Part shown: positions 20,415 to 31,998 of the stretch, piece by piece
Layout: every line of letters starts with the position of its first letter
Numbering within the stretch: the first letter of the stretch is position 1
Source: Rhodobiaceae bacterium
GTDB lineage: Bacteria > Pseudomonadota > Alphaproteobacteria > Rhizobiales > TMED25
Reading direction: 5' to 3'
NCBI GenBank assembly: GCA_002704755.1
Contig: PAHC01000011.1
Coordinates: forward strand, 66,780-130,779
DNA length: 64,000 nucleotides
Translations under genes and position numbers: made by a program
Notes under the pieces: model-generated
Databases searched by the model: none
The model's input: only the letters and a program-made list of their open reading frames with translations
Told to the model about the DNA's origin: nothing

Positions 20415-21243
20415 TAAAATCTTCTAAGAAGAATTGTCCCTTTTTCTCTATTAGAAATGTCATTTTAATATCCTTACTCTTAAAATCTTCATCATATGAT
20501 CTGAATGTAAAATTATAATTCATATATTTTTTTTGTTTGGATTGGTTGTCGGATAAAAAATAGTCATCTGAAGTTAATGGAAAAATGGCATCTATGCTTT
20601 CATTAAAGATAATTTGAAGATTATCATTTGATTTTATGTCATAAAATATAATATCATTTATAAAAATAATATTATCACTTCTATAATCCGGAATATCTTT
20701 TAAAGCATTTTGGATCAATTTATAGCTAATTTTACTATAATTAGTCGGTTTATCATCTAACTGAAAAGTTATTGTCTGTTTGATAGGGATACAAACAAGA
20801 TTGCAAACACCAAAATTCATATCTAGCACAATATCATCTCCATATTCATAGTTTTCGAGTGACATCGTAATTGGTATCAAAACTGCGTCCTTAAAAATAT
20901 AATTAGTGCCAAATTCATCTTTTAAGAGATTAGGTGCAGGCCAATTAATAGAATAATCATTGATATGCTGGTTCTTGATAATTATTGAGGGCTCAATTCC
21001 ACTGTCACCTGGATTTGACCAATAAGTATAAGTATCATCTTCTAATAATACTTCCACACCAATGTAGGTTAATCCGCCGCGGACTTCGGATGTAATAATC
21101 CGTATTTTTGAATAGGTATTATGATACCAGTCATCATTACTACCATCTAATACTAATCTATTCATTACACCGAGTGTAATTAAAAACAGTGCAAAAAATA
21201 GATGGGCTAGAGTTCTAATATTTTTGACTATTATTAATTTCAT
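20401..21243 (-). CDS. DsbD N-terminal-domain-like (thiol:disulfide interchange) exported protein
   Basis: Family-like motifs YWSNPGDSGIEPSI, WPAP and FGVCNLVCIP. I prefer ATG 21243 (MKLIIVKNIRTLAHLFFALFLITLGV, signal-like) over the track start 21339, which runs 125 nt into the upstream GNAT gene. Confidence 0.6.
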   Translation of the reverse strand: MKLIIVKNIRTLAHLFFALFLITLGVMNRLVLDGSNDDWYHNTYSKIRIITSEVRGGLTYIGVEVLLEDDTYTYWSNPGDSGIEPSIIIKNQHINDYSINWPAPNLLKDEFGTNYIFKDAVLIPITMSLENYEYGDDIVLDMNFGVCNLVCIPIKQTITFQLDDKPTNYSKISYKLIQNALKDIPDYRSDNIIFINDIIFYDIKSNDNLQIIFNESIDAIFPLTSDDYFLSDNQSKQKKYMNYNFTFRSYDEDFKSKDIKMTFLIEKKGQFFLEDFIINP

Positions 21244-21802
21244 TATATTTATTTTTTGTGAGACCAAAAAGTAAGTGGTCTTCCCATTTTCCATTAATAC
21301 GAAGAAACTCTTTTGCATATCCTTCTTCTTCAAAACCAATATTAATCAAAAGGTTTTTTGATGCAATATTCGTAGGAATGCACGCCGCTTCAATTCTGTT
21401 GAATTTAAGTTCTACAAATAATTGTTTAATTAACAATTTCAAAGCATTTCTCATATAGCCTTTCCGTGAGTAATTTTGCCCAATCCAATAACCAAGTGTA
21501 CAACTTTGTGAGATACCAGTTTTAATATTAAAAACATTTACACCACCAACTAATTCATTGTATGGGTTAAAAATAAAAAAAGAATATTGGAGATTGTTTT
21601 TTCTTTTCTGAGAATAAATTGATAGTAACTTCAAATACCTACTAAAACTATGTTCTCCAGGTCGCCAGGTTGGTTCCCATGGAGTTAAAAAATCTCTACT
21701 CTTTTCCCTCACAGCCTTCCAACTTTTGTAATCAAAAATTGATGGATATTTAAGCGTGATCTCAGATGATGATATCGATTGATTTTTTTTATAGAATACC
21801 AA
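21215..21802 (-). CDS. GNAT family N-acetyltransferase (RimJ/RimL-like)
   Basis: 195 aa with acetyl-CoA binding region GYWIGQNYSRKGYMRNAL and the GNAT fold. It follows the M16 peptidase gene, as in other alphaproteobacteria. Confidence 0.75.
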   Translation of the reverse strand: MVFYKKNQSISSSEITLKYPSIFDYKSWKAVREKSRDFLTPWEPTWRPGEHSFSRYLKLLSIYSQKRKNNLQYSFFIFNPYNELVGGVNVFNIKTGISQSCTLGYWIGQNYSRKGYMRNALKLLIKQLFVELKFNRIEAACIPTNIASKNLLINIGFEEEGYAKEFLRINGKWEDHLLFGLTKNKYNEINNSQKY

Positions 21803-21817
21803 GTTAAGACTCCGATA

Positions 21818-23077
21818 TTATTTATAAAAGCTCACTATATCTTCCTTAGCTCTAAGAGTTTTAATAGCACCGAGCGCACTAATTGTCATTTTTTCTGGAA
21901 TAAATGTCTTTTCAATAAATTCTTTTATATGGTTCAAATTTATTGCTTCTATTTTATTTAGAGTCTCATTGATATCAATAACCCGACCATAAATTGATAC
22001 TTGTCGTGCAATTTGGTTCATTCTTGCCATTGGATTTTCTGATGACATTAACAATCCTGCTCGTATCTGTTTTTTTGCTTTATTTATTTCCTGCTCTGAA
22101 ATATTGCATTTAGATGATAATATTTCATTTGCAACAGCTTCACTATACTCATTAACTTTTTCTGGTGATGTAGCAGAGTAAACCCCAAAAACTCCAGTAT
22201 CTCTATATGAACTTGAGAAAGAGAATACACTGTATGCCAGCCCTAATTTTTCTCTTATATTTTGGAATAATCTAGATGACATGCCGCCACCTAAAATGTT
22301 TGAAAAAATATGAGATACATACAAATCATCAGCGAAGTATGAACAACCTTCAAATGCATATATAATATGAGCCTGTTCAATATTCCTCTCTTCTCTAATC
22401 TCAGAAGGGTTATATTCAGCATCTTTGCTGGGAGGTTTTACTCCTTTGGGTATTGAGTTAAAATATTTATTGCATAGATCCACTAATTCTTCATGTTTTA
22501 TGGCTCCTGTTGCTACAATTGTTAAATTTTCTGCATGATAATGATCATCCAAATAGTCTTTTATATTTTCTGATTTAATACTCATTAAGGTCTCTTTATT
22601 TCCAAGTATAGATCTGCCGATAGCTTGATCTTGGTAGGCAGCACTTTGGAAATTTTCAAAAACCATATCATCTGGTGAATCAATTGTAGAAGCTAATTCT
22701 TGCAGTATAACATTCTTTTCTCTACTCAATTCAATAGGATCAAATACTGAGTTTTGTATAATATCAGATAAAATTGATATACCAATCTCAACGTCATTTT
22801 TTAGTAATCTAACATAATATGATGTTCTCTCCACACTTGTTGAAGCATTTATATCCCCTCCAACATTTTCTATCTCAAGGGCAATTTGTTTTGCTGTTCT
22901 TGATTTAGTGCCCTTGAATGCCATATGTTCCAATAAATGTGATATACCTTGCTCACTCTTCTTCTCATTCCTTGATCCAACCTCAGCCCAAACACCAAGG
23001 GATACAGAACTAAAATTTGGCATATATTGTGATATTACTCTAATATTATTATCGATCTTACTATCTGTAATTAACAT
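21818..23077 (-). CDS. M16 family zinc metallopeptidase (insulinase / MPP-like)
   Basis: 419 aa with inverted zinc motif HLLEHMAFKGT and a downstream Glu in LEIENVGG. Confidence 0.9.
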   Translation of the reverse strand: MLITDSKIDNNIRVISQYMPNFSSVSLGVWAEVGSRNEKKSEQGISHLLEHMAFKGTKSRTAKQIALEIENVGGDINASTSVERTSYYVRLLKNDVEIGISILSDIIQNSVFDPIELSREKNVILQELASTIDSPDDMVFENFQSAAYQDQAIGRSILGNKETLMSIKSENIKDYLDDHYHAENLTIVATGAIKHEELVDLCNKYFNSIPKGVKPPSKDAEYNPSEIREERNIEQAHIIYAFEGCSYFADDLYVSHIFSNILGGGMSSRLFQNIREKLGLAYSVFSFSSSYRDTGVFGVYSATSPEKVNEYSEAVANEILSSKCNISEQEINKAKKQIRAGLLMSSENPMARMNQIARQVSIYGRVIDINETLNKIEAINLNHIKEFIEKTFIPEKMTISALGAIKTLRAKEDIVSFYK

Positions 23078-23081
23078 CTAC

Positions 23082-24467
23082 TTATTTCCTATAATTATTT
23101 AAAATATATTCTTTGATTTCATTTAGTTTATTATTCTTTGAAATAATTCTTTCTTCTTGCTCATATATATTAACATTAGCTATTGGTATTTCGGGATATT
23201 TTCCGATAGCCTTATCAACTGTTTCTGGGAATTTTGCAGGGTGTGCGGTGGACAAAATAACGGACTGGGTATATTTGTTTTTAAATTGTATTCCCATTGC
23301 AACTGCAGTGTGAGGATCTATAACTTCGTCATATTCTAAATATACTTTTCTAATTATATCTAATGTCTCAGAATCATCTAAAGATCCAGCTCCAAAAGAA
23401 GCTCTAAATTGAGTCAATTGATTATTATCTAATTTAAATCTATTGTGATTAGCAAGATCTGACATTTTTTCACAAACTATTTTTGACTTTCTACCAACTA
23501 AATCAAATAGTAACCTTTCAAAATTACTTGAAATCTGTATATCCATAGAAGGTGAAATTGTAGGAATAACTCCAGAAATCGCATAGTCACCTGATTTAAA
23601 ACATTCCTCTAAGATATTATTTTTATTTGTAGCGACAACTAACTGATTAATATTTAAACCCATCTTTTTTGCAATATATCCCGCAAAAATATCACCAAAA
23701 TTACCAGTTGGTACAATAAAATTTATTTTACTAGATTTATCATTAAGCTGACTGAAAGCTGAAAAATAATACATTATCTGAATCATTATTCTTGCCCAGT
23801 TTATTGAATTAACAGCAGTTAGTTGGACACTATCTGATAGTTTTTTATCTTTAAATAGAGCTTTTACAATATTCTGACAATCATCAAATGTGCCATCAAT
23901 CGAAATAACATGTACATTGCTAGCTGTATTTGTTGTCATGAATCTTCTTTGAACTTCTGATATCCTATTTTGTGGGAACAAAACATACAAATCAATGTTA
24001 TTTTTATTTGCAAAAGCTGATACAGCGGCGCCACCTGTATCACCCGAAGTTGCACAAATTATAGATGCCCTTTTTTTATTTCTATCTAATACATCTTCTA
24101 TCATCCTTGATAATAACTGCATAGCTAGGTCTTTGAAAGCTAGTGTAGGACCATGATGAAGTTCTAGAATAGATATTCTATCATCAATAATTTTTAATGG
24201 TGTCACTCTCCTATCTCTAAAGTTAGAATAGGACTCATCAATCATTTGTGATAGTTTTGTGACTTCAAATGTGTCTCCAGCAAAAAGCTTGACAATTTCA
24301 AAGGTAATATTTTTATAGTCTTTAGAGAGTAGCTCTATAATTAGATTTTCATCCAGTTCAGGAATATACTCAGGTATGAAGAGCCCACCATCATCAGCAA
24401 GACCTTTTAGAAGAATATCTTCAAAAGAAAACTTATGCTTTTGATCACGTGTACTGATATATTGCAT
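23082..24467 (-). CDS. thrC: threonine synthase
   Basis: 461 aa long-form ThrC with PLP-lysine motif HGPTLAFKDLAMQ, SGDTGGAA and PTGNFGD. Confidence 0.95.
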   Translation of the reverse strand: MQYISTRDQKHKFSFEDILLKGLADDGGLFIPEYIPELDENLIIELLSKDYKNITFEIVKLFAGDTFEVTKLSQMIDESYSNFRDRRVTPLKIIDDRISILELHHGPTLAFKDLAMQLLSRMIEDVLDRNKKRASIICATSGDTGGAAVSAFANKNNIDLYVLFPQNRISEVQRRFMTTNTASNVHVISIDGTFDDCQNIVKALFKDKKLSDSVQLTAVNSINWARIMIQIMYYFSAFSQLNDKSSKINFIVPTGNFGDIFAGYIAKKMGLNINQLVVATNKNNILEECFKSGDYAISGVIPTISPSMDIQISSNFERLLFDLVGRKSKIVCEKMSDLANHNRFKLDNNQLTQFRASFGAGSLDDSETLDIIRKVYLEYDEVIDPHTAVAMGIQFKNKYTQSVILSTAHPAKFPETVDKAIGKYPEIPIANVNIYEQEERIISKNNKLNEIKEYILNNYRK

Positions 24468-24468
24468 T

Positions 24469-25200
24469 TTAACGTATCTCTCTTCTACTTATTATTAATG
24501 AATATAAATATATAAATAACAATACTGTTGCAAGACTATACCATGTAATTGCATATGATAGATGATTATCAGAGAAAGTTAATTTTGTTTCATTCGATTG
24601 AGGTAAGCTAATGCTTGTATCAATTAAATCAATATAAAAAATTGTTTTTATTTCAATTCCAAAAATTTTACTTAGATCCTCTTTATTAAATAAATACGTA
24701 ATTTTCTCTGTGAAATCTGCTTCAGGAGTAAATATATTATTTTTCTCAAATCTTTTTATATATCCTTCAATTGACACGTTATTAGTTATATCATTGTATT
24801 TTAGATAATTACTATTGTTTGGTTGTGGAACAAACCCTCTATTTACAATTAACACGTCATTATCTTTAACTAGAAAAGGAGTTAATATCCAGTATCCAGC
24901 TCCACCAAATTCTCCTCTTGGGTTTGATAAGTTGGCAAAAACACGTGCCTCTAATCCATTCATGTAACTACCTTCAATGCTTACTTTCCTGTATAACCAA
25001 TCGTTTAAATTTTCTGCTGTAATTTCCATATTATCTAACAAGATAGTTTCGTAGCTGGTTCGCTTGATTTGGTCTAATAATTCAGCTTTCTGTTCTTTAC
25101 GATCTAATTGCCATGACCCAAGGCAAATCAGTATAACAAATGTAAATATTACAAAAAGGTTTAATATTAATAACTTAAGTTTGCTCATTCTACATTTCAT
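24469..25200 (-). CDS. SURF1 family cytochrome oxidase biogenesis protein
   Basis: 243 aa with two terminal TM helices, GSWQLDRK near the N-terminus and NHLSYAITWY near the C-terminus. An alternative start is ATG 25188. Confidence 0.8.
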   Translation of the reverse strand: MKCRMSKLKLLILNLFVIFTFVILICLGSWQLDRKEQKAELLDQIKRTSYETILLDNMEITAENLNDWLYRKVSIEGSYMNGLEARVFANLSNPRGEFGGAGYWILTPFLVKDNDVLIVNRGFVPQPNNSNYLKYNDITNNVSIEGYIKRFEKNNIFTPEADFTEKITYLFNKEDLSKIFGIEIKTIFYIDLIDTSISLPQSNETKLTFSDNHLSYAITWYSLATVLLFIYLYSLIISRREIR

Positions 25201-25555
25201 TAGATTTTTTTATTTCATATGCTGAGCATAAAAATAAACTCTTCACAGGTCGTTTAATCAGTAATGATAAGAGTATTGTCATTGGCACCCATATAATTAA
25301 TTGTATAACTAAATCAGGTTTGTAATTAAATTCTGTGTATAATATACCACCCATAACAATTACACCAACTATCAGAATAACAAAAAAAGTATCAGCATCG
25401 CCTAAATGATATCCAGAATAATCTTCTGAGCAGTTTTCACATTTTTTCTTTGTAATAAAAAGACTAGTAAATGTAGATGAGTTAACACAATTAGGACATA
25501 GTCCTAATATAACTATTTTATATAAACGTGAAAAATTACTTTTAAGCAAATACAA
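25190..25555 (-). CDS. DUF983-like small membrane protein with zinc-ribbon cysteines
   Basis: 121 aa with CPNC...CENC pairs followed by two TM helices. It occupies the conserved position between coxC and surf1. Confidence 0.6.
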   Translation of the reverse strand: MYLLKSNFSRLYKIVILGLCPNCVNSSTFTSLFITKKKCENCSEDYSGYHLGDADTFFVILIVGVIVMGGILYTEFNYKPDLVIQLIIWVPMTILLSLLIKRPVKSLFLCSAYEIKKSNEM

Positions 25556-25578
25556 TTAATCTTAGCAAATATTTATTA

Positions 25579-26412
25579 TTAATGAGGGATAATATCTCCA
25601 GCTCCCCAAACATATATAGCAGCAAACAGGAAGAGCCAGACTACATCAACGAAATGCCAATACCAAGCAGCCGCTTCAAATCCAAAATGGTTATCTTTCT
25701 TGAAATGTCCCGCACCTACGCGCAATGTGCATACAATTAGGAATATAGTCCCTACGAGCACATGAAAACCATGGAATCCAGTAGCCATGAAAAAAGTTGC
25801 TCCATATATATGACCACTAAAATCAAATGCTGCATGACTATATTCATAGGCTTGTACGCATGTAAAGATTGCACCTAAAGCAACTGTTAATAATAAGCCA
25901 AGCCTCAGTCCTTTACGATCATCGTGAAGTAATGAGTGATGTGCCCATGTTACAGCAGTACCAGATGTTAGAAGTATTAATGTATTTAATAATGGTAGAT
26001 GCCAAGGATCAAAAGTTGCGATCTGGTCTGGTGGCCAATGTCCACCTGTTAAATCAGTTCTTAGATACTGTTGAACTTCCCCTGCATATAATGAAGCATC
26101 AAAGTATGACCAGAACCACGCAACAAAAAACATTACCTCGGAGGCAATGAACATAATCATACCATATCTAAGGTGTAATTGAACGACTGGAGTATGATCA
26201 CCTTTATGAGCTTCCTTGATCACCTCTCTCCACCAACCGTACATTGTATAAAGAACTGCTAAGAGACCTAAAATTAGAAGCCAATAACTATCTTGATGAA
26301 AATATAAAACAGCTCCGATTGCGGTAATGAAAGCTGAAATAGCTCCAATTGCAGGCCACGGGCTTGGATCAACTAGATGATAGTCATGATTTTTTGTATG
26401 GGTTTCACTCAT
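25579..26412 (-). CDS. coxC: cytochrome c oxidase subunit III
   Basis: 277 aa with HDYHLVDPSPWP, FFMATGFHGFHV and AAWYWHFVDVVWLFLF. Confidence 0.95.
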   Translation of the reverse strand: MSETHTKNHDYHLVDPSPWPAIGAISAFITAIGAVLYFHQDSYWLLILGLLAVLYTMYGWWREVIKEAHKGDHTPVVQLHLRYGMIMFIASEVMFFVAWFWSYFDASLYAGEVQQYLRTDLTGGHWPPDQIATFDPWHLPLLNTLILLTSGTAVTWAHHSLLHDDRKGLRLGLLLTVALGAIFTCVQAYEYSHAAFDFSGHIYGATFFMATGFHGFHVLVGTIFLIVCTLRVGAGHFKKDNHFGFEAAAWYWHFVDVVWLFLFAAIYVWGAGDIIPH

Positions 26413-26476
26413 AATTGTTGTCTCTCAATACGTGAATAGTTTCATTAAATTTTGCCCTATTATATACATAATTTTT

Positions 26477-27001
26477 TCACAATAAATCCTTATTTTTAAA
26501 AAAAGTATAAGAAATAGTAATTGTATCAACATCTTTTAATTCCTTATCACGATCAATTGAAGGGTCTATGAAAAAAGTTAAAGGCATATTAATTTCTTCT
26601 TCAGATTTTAGTTCTTGGCCGGTAAAACAGAAACATTCTACTTTGAGAATATATGCAGCTGCTTCGGCTGGAATCACATTATATGTAGCCACTCCATTCG
26701 TACTAAAATTTGATAAGTTTTTTGCTTCGTAATAAGTGAAGATGTTATCTCCTGTTTTAATTTTATCGGATATTTTTTCTGGGGTTACTGACCAATTTAG
26801 ATCTGAGGATATATTAGTGTCATAGCGAATAATAAATTCACGATCACCAATCTCAGATGATACATTAATTACACTTGGTGTTCCTTTATATCCTGTAATT
26901 TTACAAAATAATTCATATAATGGGACTGCTGCGAGTGATAATCCTCCCATAAACAAGATAATCGATAAACATAGGACTAATATTTTTTTATTATTATTCA
27001 T
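26477..27001 (-). CDS. ctaG: cytochrome c oxidase assembly protein CtaG/Cox11
   Basis: 174 aa with an N-terminal TM anchor and the copper-binding CFCF motif (KVECFCFTGQ). Confidence 0.9.
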   Translation of the reverse strand: MNNNKKILVLCLSIILFMGGLSLAAVPLYELFCKITGYKGTPSVINVSSEIGDREFIIRYDTNISSDLNWSVTPEKISDKIKTGDNIFTYYEAKNLSNFSTNGVATYNVIPAEAAAYILKVECFCFTGQELKSEEEINMPLTFFIDPSIDRDKELKDVDTITISYTFFKNKDLL

Positions 27002-27018
27002 TAAAATAGCTTGTTTAT

Positions 27019-27174
27019 CTAAGAGATATTAGAGATTAGTTGAAGAATTGTTGTCACAAAAAATATTACTACCAATAAGAATAAAATTATTGCAATTGCT
27101 TGTGATTTCTTTCTTCTATTAGAGAGAAATATATCTTTTTTAGTTTTATTATTATTTAAATCATTATTACTCAT
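27019..27174 (-). CDS. unannotated 51-aa single-TM protein between ctaB and ctaG (CoxF-like position)
   Basis: My translation is MSNNDLNNNKTKKDIFLSNRRKKSQAIAIILFLLVVIFFVTTILQLISNIS. ATG 27174 overlaps the ctaB stop as ATGA. It falls below the 60-aa cutoff of the ORF track. Confidence 0.5.
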   Translation of the reverse strand: MSNNDLNNNKTKKDIFLSNRRKKSQAIAIILFLLVVIFFVTTILQLISNIS

Positions 27175-28079
27175 AGAAAATTTACCCCCCCAAGATAAGA
27201 CTTATACATATGGTCAATTAGAAATAAGATATAAATTAAAAACAGATATAATATTGAATACAAAAATAATCTTTTTGAGTGTTTTTTTAGCTTTCGATCA
27301 TCGCTTGATTTATATAATTGAAGAGCAATAATTATAAAGACAAGACTTAAAATAATTGCTGGTATTAGAAACAAAATTGAGACCATTCCAATGTAATATG
27401 GTGCAATGACGGAAATTGACATGACAATTGAATAATAAACAATTTGACGTTTTGTATAATCGTTACCTACTACATTTGGCATCATAGGAATATTAGCTTT
27501 TTCATAATCCCTTGATGTAACAATAGCGAGAGCCCAAAAATGTGGTGGAGTCCATAAAAAAATTATAAAAAATAAGATAAGAGGCTCGATCGCGATTGGT
27601 GCACCAGTTGATAACCAACCAATTATTGGTGGGAAAGCACCTGCAGCCCCTCCTATTACTATATTTTGCATAGTTCTTCTTTTCAACCACATTGTATATA
27701 TGACTGCATAAAAGAATATCGTGAAGGCTAAGAGAAATGAGGCGCTCCAGTTGATCAGTATGCCCATAATAACTACTGATCCAGCAGATATTACCATTCC
27801 ATAGGTAAGTGCTTCATTTTTGTTGATGTTGCCTGCTGGAATGGGCCTATTAATTGTCCTCTTCATTAATCTATCAATATCAGAGTCATACCACATATTG
27901 AGAACACCGGATGCCCCAGCACCAATTGCAATACAAAGTATTGAAATTAATGCTATAAATGGATGAATTTTAACTGGTGATAGGACTAAACCAACAAAAC
28001 TTGTAAATATCACAAGTGACATTACTCTTGGTTTCATCAGATTATAAAAATCACGTACACTACTGGAGGTATATTCCAT
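27171..28079 (-). CDS. ctaB: protoheme IX farnesyltransferase (heme O synthase)
   Basis: 302 aa UbiA-superfamily polytopic protein with NMWYDSDIDRLMKRTINRPIP and PPHFWAL motifs. Confidence 0.93.
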   Translation of the reverse strand: MEYTSSSVRDFYNLMKPRVMSLVIFTSFVGLVLSPVKIHPFIALISILCIAIGAGASGVLNMWYDSDIDRLMKRTINRPIPAGNINKNEALTYGMVISAGSVVIMGILINWSASFLLAFTIFFYAVIYTMWLKRRTMQNIVIGGAAGAFPPIIGWLSTGAPIAIEPLILFFIIFLWTPPHFWALAIVTSRDYEKANIPMMPNVVGNDYTKRQIVYYSIVMSISVIAPYYIGMVSILFLIPAIILSLVFIIIALQLYKSSDDRKLKKHSKRLFLYSILYLFLIYILFLIDHMYKSYLGGVNFL

Positions 28080-28115
28080 AATTAGCTTTACAACCTATTG
28101 AAAGGTTTTAAGAAA

Positions 28116-29792
<1,677 letters not shown>

Positions 29793-29795
29793 TTA

Positions 29796-30665
29796 TTACT
29801 TAATTAATTTAACCAATTCTATATTATTGATATTCTTTATTTTGCTAGCAAATTCTTCTGATGCACCTGCTAACCAAGCTTGATAGTCTGCTTTTTCCAT
29901 AACGTGAACCTCGATAGGCATGAATGCGTGTCGGACACCACAAAGTTCTGAACACATTCCATAGTAAATGCCAGGGTTATCTACTTTAAACCATGTTTCG
30001 TTCAACCTGCCAGGTATTGCATCCATTTTCACTCCAAATGAAGGAACTGCCCAATTGTGTATTACGTCAGAGGATGTCACTTGCACTCTTACTACTGCGC
30101 CTGCAGGGACAACAAGTGGATTATCAACTGAAAGTAGCCTCAATTTTCCTTCAGTTAATTCATCTTCTTCGAGGGGAAGTGAGTCAAAGTACATACCATC
30201 ATTATCAGGGTATTCGTATCCCCAATACCACTGATACCCAGTGGCTTTGATTGTTAAATCTGCATCAACAGGAATATCTTGTTGCGTGTATAATATTCTG
30301 AAAGAGGGTATTGCTATTATAATAAGAATAATGACTGGAACAACAGTCCATATCACCTCGATAAGAGAATTATGAGTTGTTTTAGAAGGATTTGGGTTAT
30401 TTTTCGCACTGAACCTGATCATTACATAAATTAATAATGCAGTTACAAACAAGGTAATTACAAGTATTATTGGAAATAGGAATGAATTGTGGAACCATGT
30501 AATATCAGCCATGTTTGGAGTTGCGGCATCCTGAAAAGTAAGTTGATAATCTTGAGGTATCCCTATATTTTCAGATGCGTGTGAAATTGTAGGGAGTAAA
30601 GACATAAATCCTAGCAGTGAAAACTGCAATTTTTGAAAAAATTTATTGTAAATAGATCTAATCAT
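29796..30665 (-). CDS. coxB: cytochrome c oxidase subunit II
   Basis: 289 aa with a signal sequence, two TM helices and CuA site DVIHNWAVP...CSELCGVRHAFMP. Confidence 0.95.
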   Translation of the reverse strand: MIRSIYNKFFQKLQFSLLGFMSLLPTISHASENIGIPQDYQLTFQDAATPNMADITWFHNSFLFPIILVITLFVTALLIYVMIRFSAKNNPNPSKTTHNSLIEVIWTVVPVIILIIIAIPSFRILYTQQDIPVDADLTIKATGYQWYWGYEYPDNDGMYFDSLPLEEDELTEGKLRLLSVDNPLVVPAGAVVRVQVTSSDVIHNWAVPSFGVKMDAIPGRLNETWFKVDNPGIYYGMCSELCGVRHAFMPIEVHVMEKADYQAWLAGASEEFASKIKNINNIELVKLIK

Positions 30666-30852
30666 TAATATTTTATCCTGAATTGCGAATGCATATTTTT
30701 TAAAACAATATATTTATATAGAAATAATGTTTTTTGCACAAGTAATCAATATGTTAATCCTGTTATATTCATTAATTATATTTATTTTTCTTAACAATAC
30801 GTTTTATAATTAATTGTGTATTAAAAATTCAACAATTTTTTGAAAAAAATTT

Positions 30853-31419
30853 ATGTATTACGGCAAGAAAATCTATATATTATTCATTTTTGCAATCTTT
30901 TTGCTTTCTTGTATTTTCCTGAAGAGCTCAAGCTCTCAGTCATATGAATTAAATAAAAATTTAATCTACTTCCAAGATATATTTAAAGGTATTTTATTGG
31001 AAGATAGAGATAAATGGTCTGTAGTTTGCGAAGAAAATAATGAAAATAATTGTATTCTTGCTCAATTTCTTGAAACAAAAGGGGATGCCATTCACATTGT
31101 ATCACTTGTAAATATAATTACTGATGAGAGTGCCAATTACATACGAATAATCATAAAAAAGATCTCAAATGAAGGGCAAATCCCAGGAGATGTTTATATC
31201 ATATCAAAAGATAAAGAACTGATTTACAAAATTAAACAAACACAGTGCATCGATGGACAGTGCGAATTTATTGAACAAATTACACCTGAGTTCATGTCCA
31301 TGCTTCAAGATGATAATGATTTCATTATTGGAGTTTCGTTCCAAGATTTGGATATAAATATTGGAATTCTTGTCAGCGGCACAGAATTTGGCTATTTATA
31401 CAGCAAAATAGAACAATAG
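30853..31419 (+). CDS. exported protein, possibly invasion-associated locus B (IalB) family
   Basis: 188 aa with a signal peptide and two Cys pairs (WSVVCEENNENNC and QCIDGQC), as I recall for IalB-like proteins. It is divergent from coxB. The family call is from memory, not from an alignment. Confidence 0.45.
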   Translation: MYYGKKIYILFIFAIFLLSCIFLKSSSSQSYELNKNLIYFQDIFKGILLEDRDKWSVVCEENNENNCILAQFLETKGDAIHIVSLVNIITDESANYIRIIIKKISNEGQIPGDVYIISKDKELIYKIKQTQCIDGQCEFIEQITPEFMSMLQDDNDFIIGVSFQDLDINIGILVSGTEFGYLYSKIEQ

Positions 31420-31495
31420 TTAATGTCATTTGAATATTGTATTTTGTAGCAAAAATATATATTATTAACAGTGAAATTATTAGTCACTTTTAACC

Positions 31496-31996
31496 ATGAG
31501 GTCTCAAATGCATAAAATAATGGCAACTATCTTGTCAATAATTATACTAAATTTCAGCTTTATTCCGTATGCCACATCTAAAAGTTTGTGTGATGGTCCA
31601 GCTGGCGGCTTACTGTGTGGTGCTGGAATAGGTGGTGGTATTGGTTCTGCACTCGATGGTGAGGATGGTGCAAAAACAGGTGCAATCTTTGGAGGTTTAA
31701 TGGGCTTAGCTGCTGGTATAAATGAAGCCGAGCAAAATAGAAATTACAGTGAAAATAGTGAACGCAATGTTATCATATCAAATGAATACCCTGCACTTTT
31801 AGTATATAACACACAAATAGCCCTTATCAGTATTGGTTATTATGTAGGTATGTATGATGGATCATTCACTGATGAGACTAGTGATGCCATCAAGAGCTAT
31901 CAGAAAGATAACAACCTAATTGTTAATGGAATACCAACTGAGGAATTGTACGAACGTATTAAGCGAGATGTTGCAAAACTATATACTCAAGAATAA
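31496..31996 (+). CDS. exported glycine-zipper protein with C-terminal peptidoglycan-binding domain
   Basis: 166 aa with a signal peptide, a Gly-rich stretch GGLLCGAGIGGGIGSALDG...GAIFGGLMGLAAG and a PG_binding_1-like repeat (LISIGYYVGMYDGSFTDETSDAIKSYQKDNNL). Confidence 0.6.
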   Translation: MRSQMHKIMATILSIIILNFSFIPYATSKSLCDGPAGGLLCGAGIGGGIGSALDGEDGAKTGAIFGGLMGLAAGINEAEQNRNYSENSERNVIISNEYPALLVYNTQIALISIGYYVGMYDGSFTDETSDAIKSYQKDNNLIVNGIPTEELYERIKRDVAKLYTQE

Positions 31997-31998
31997 TA

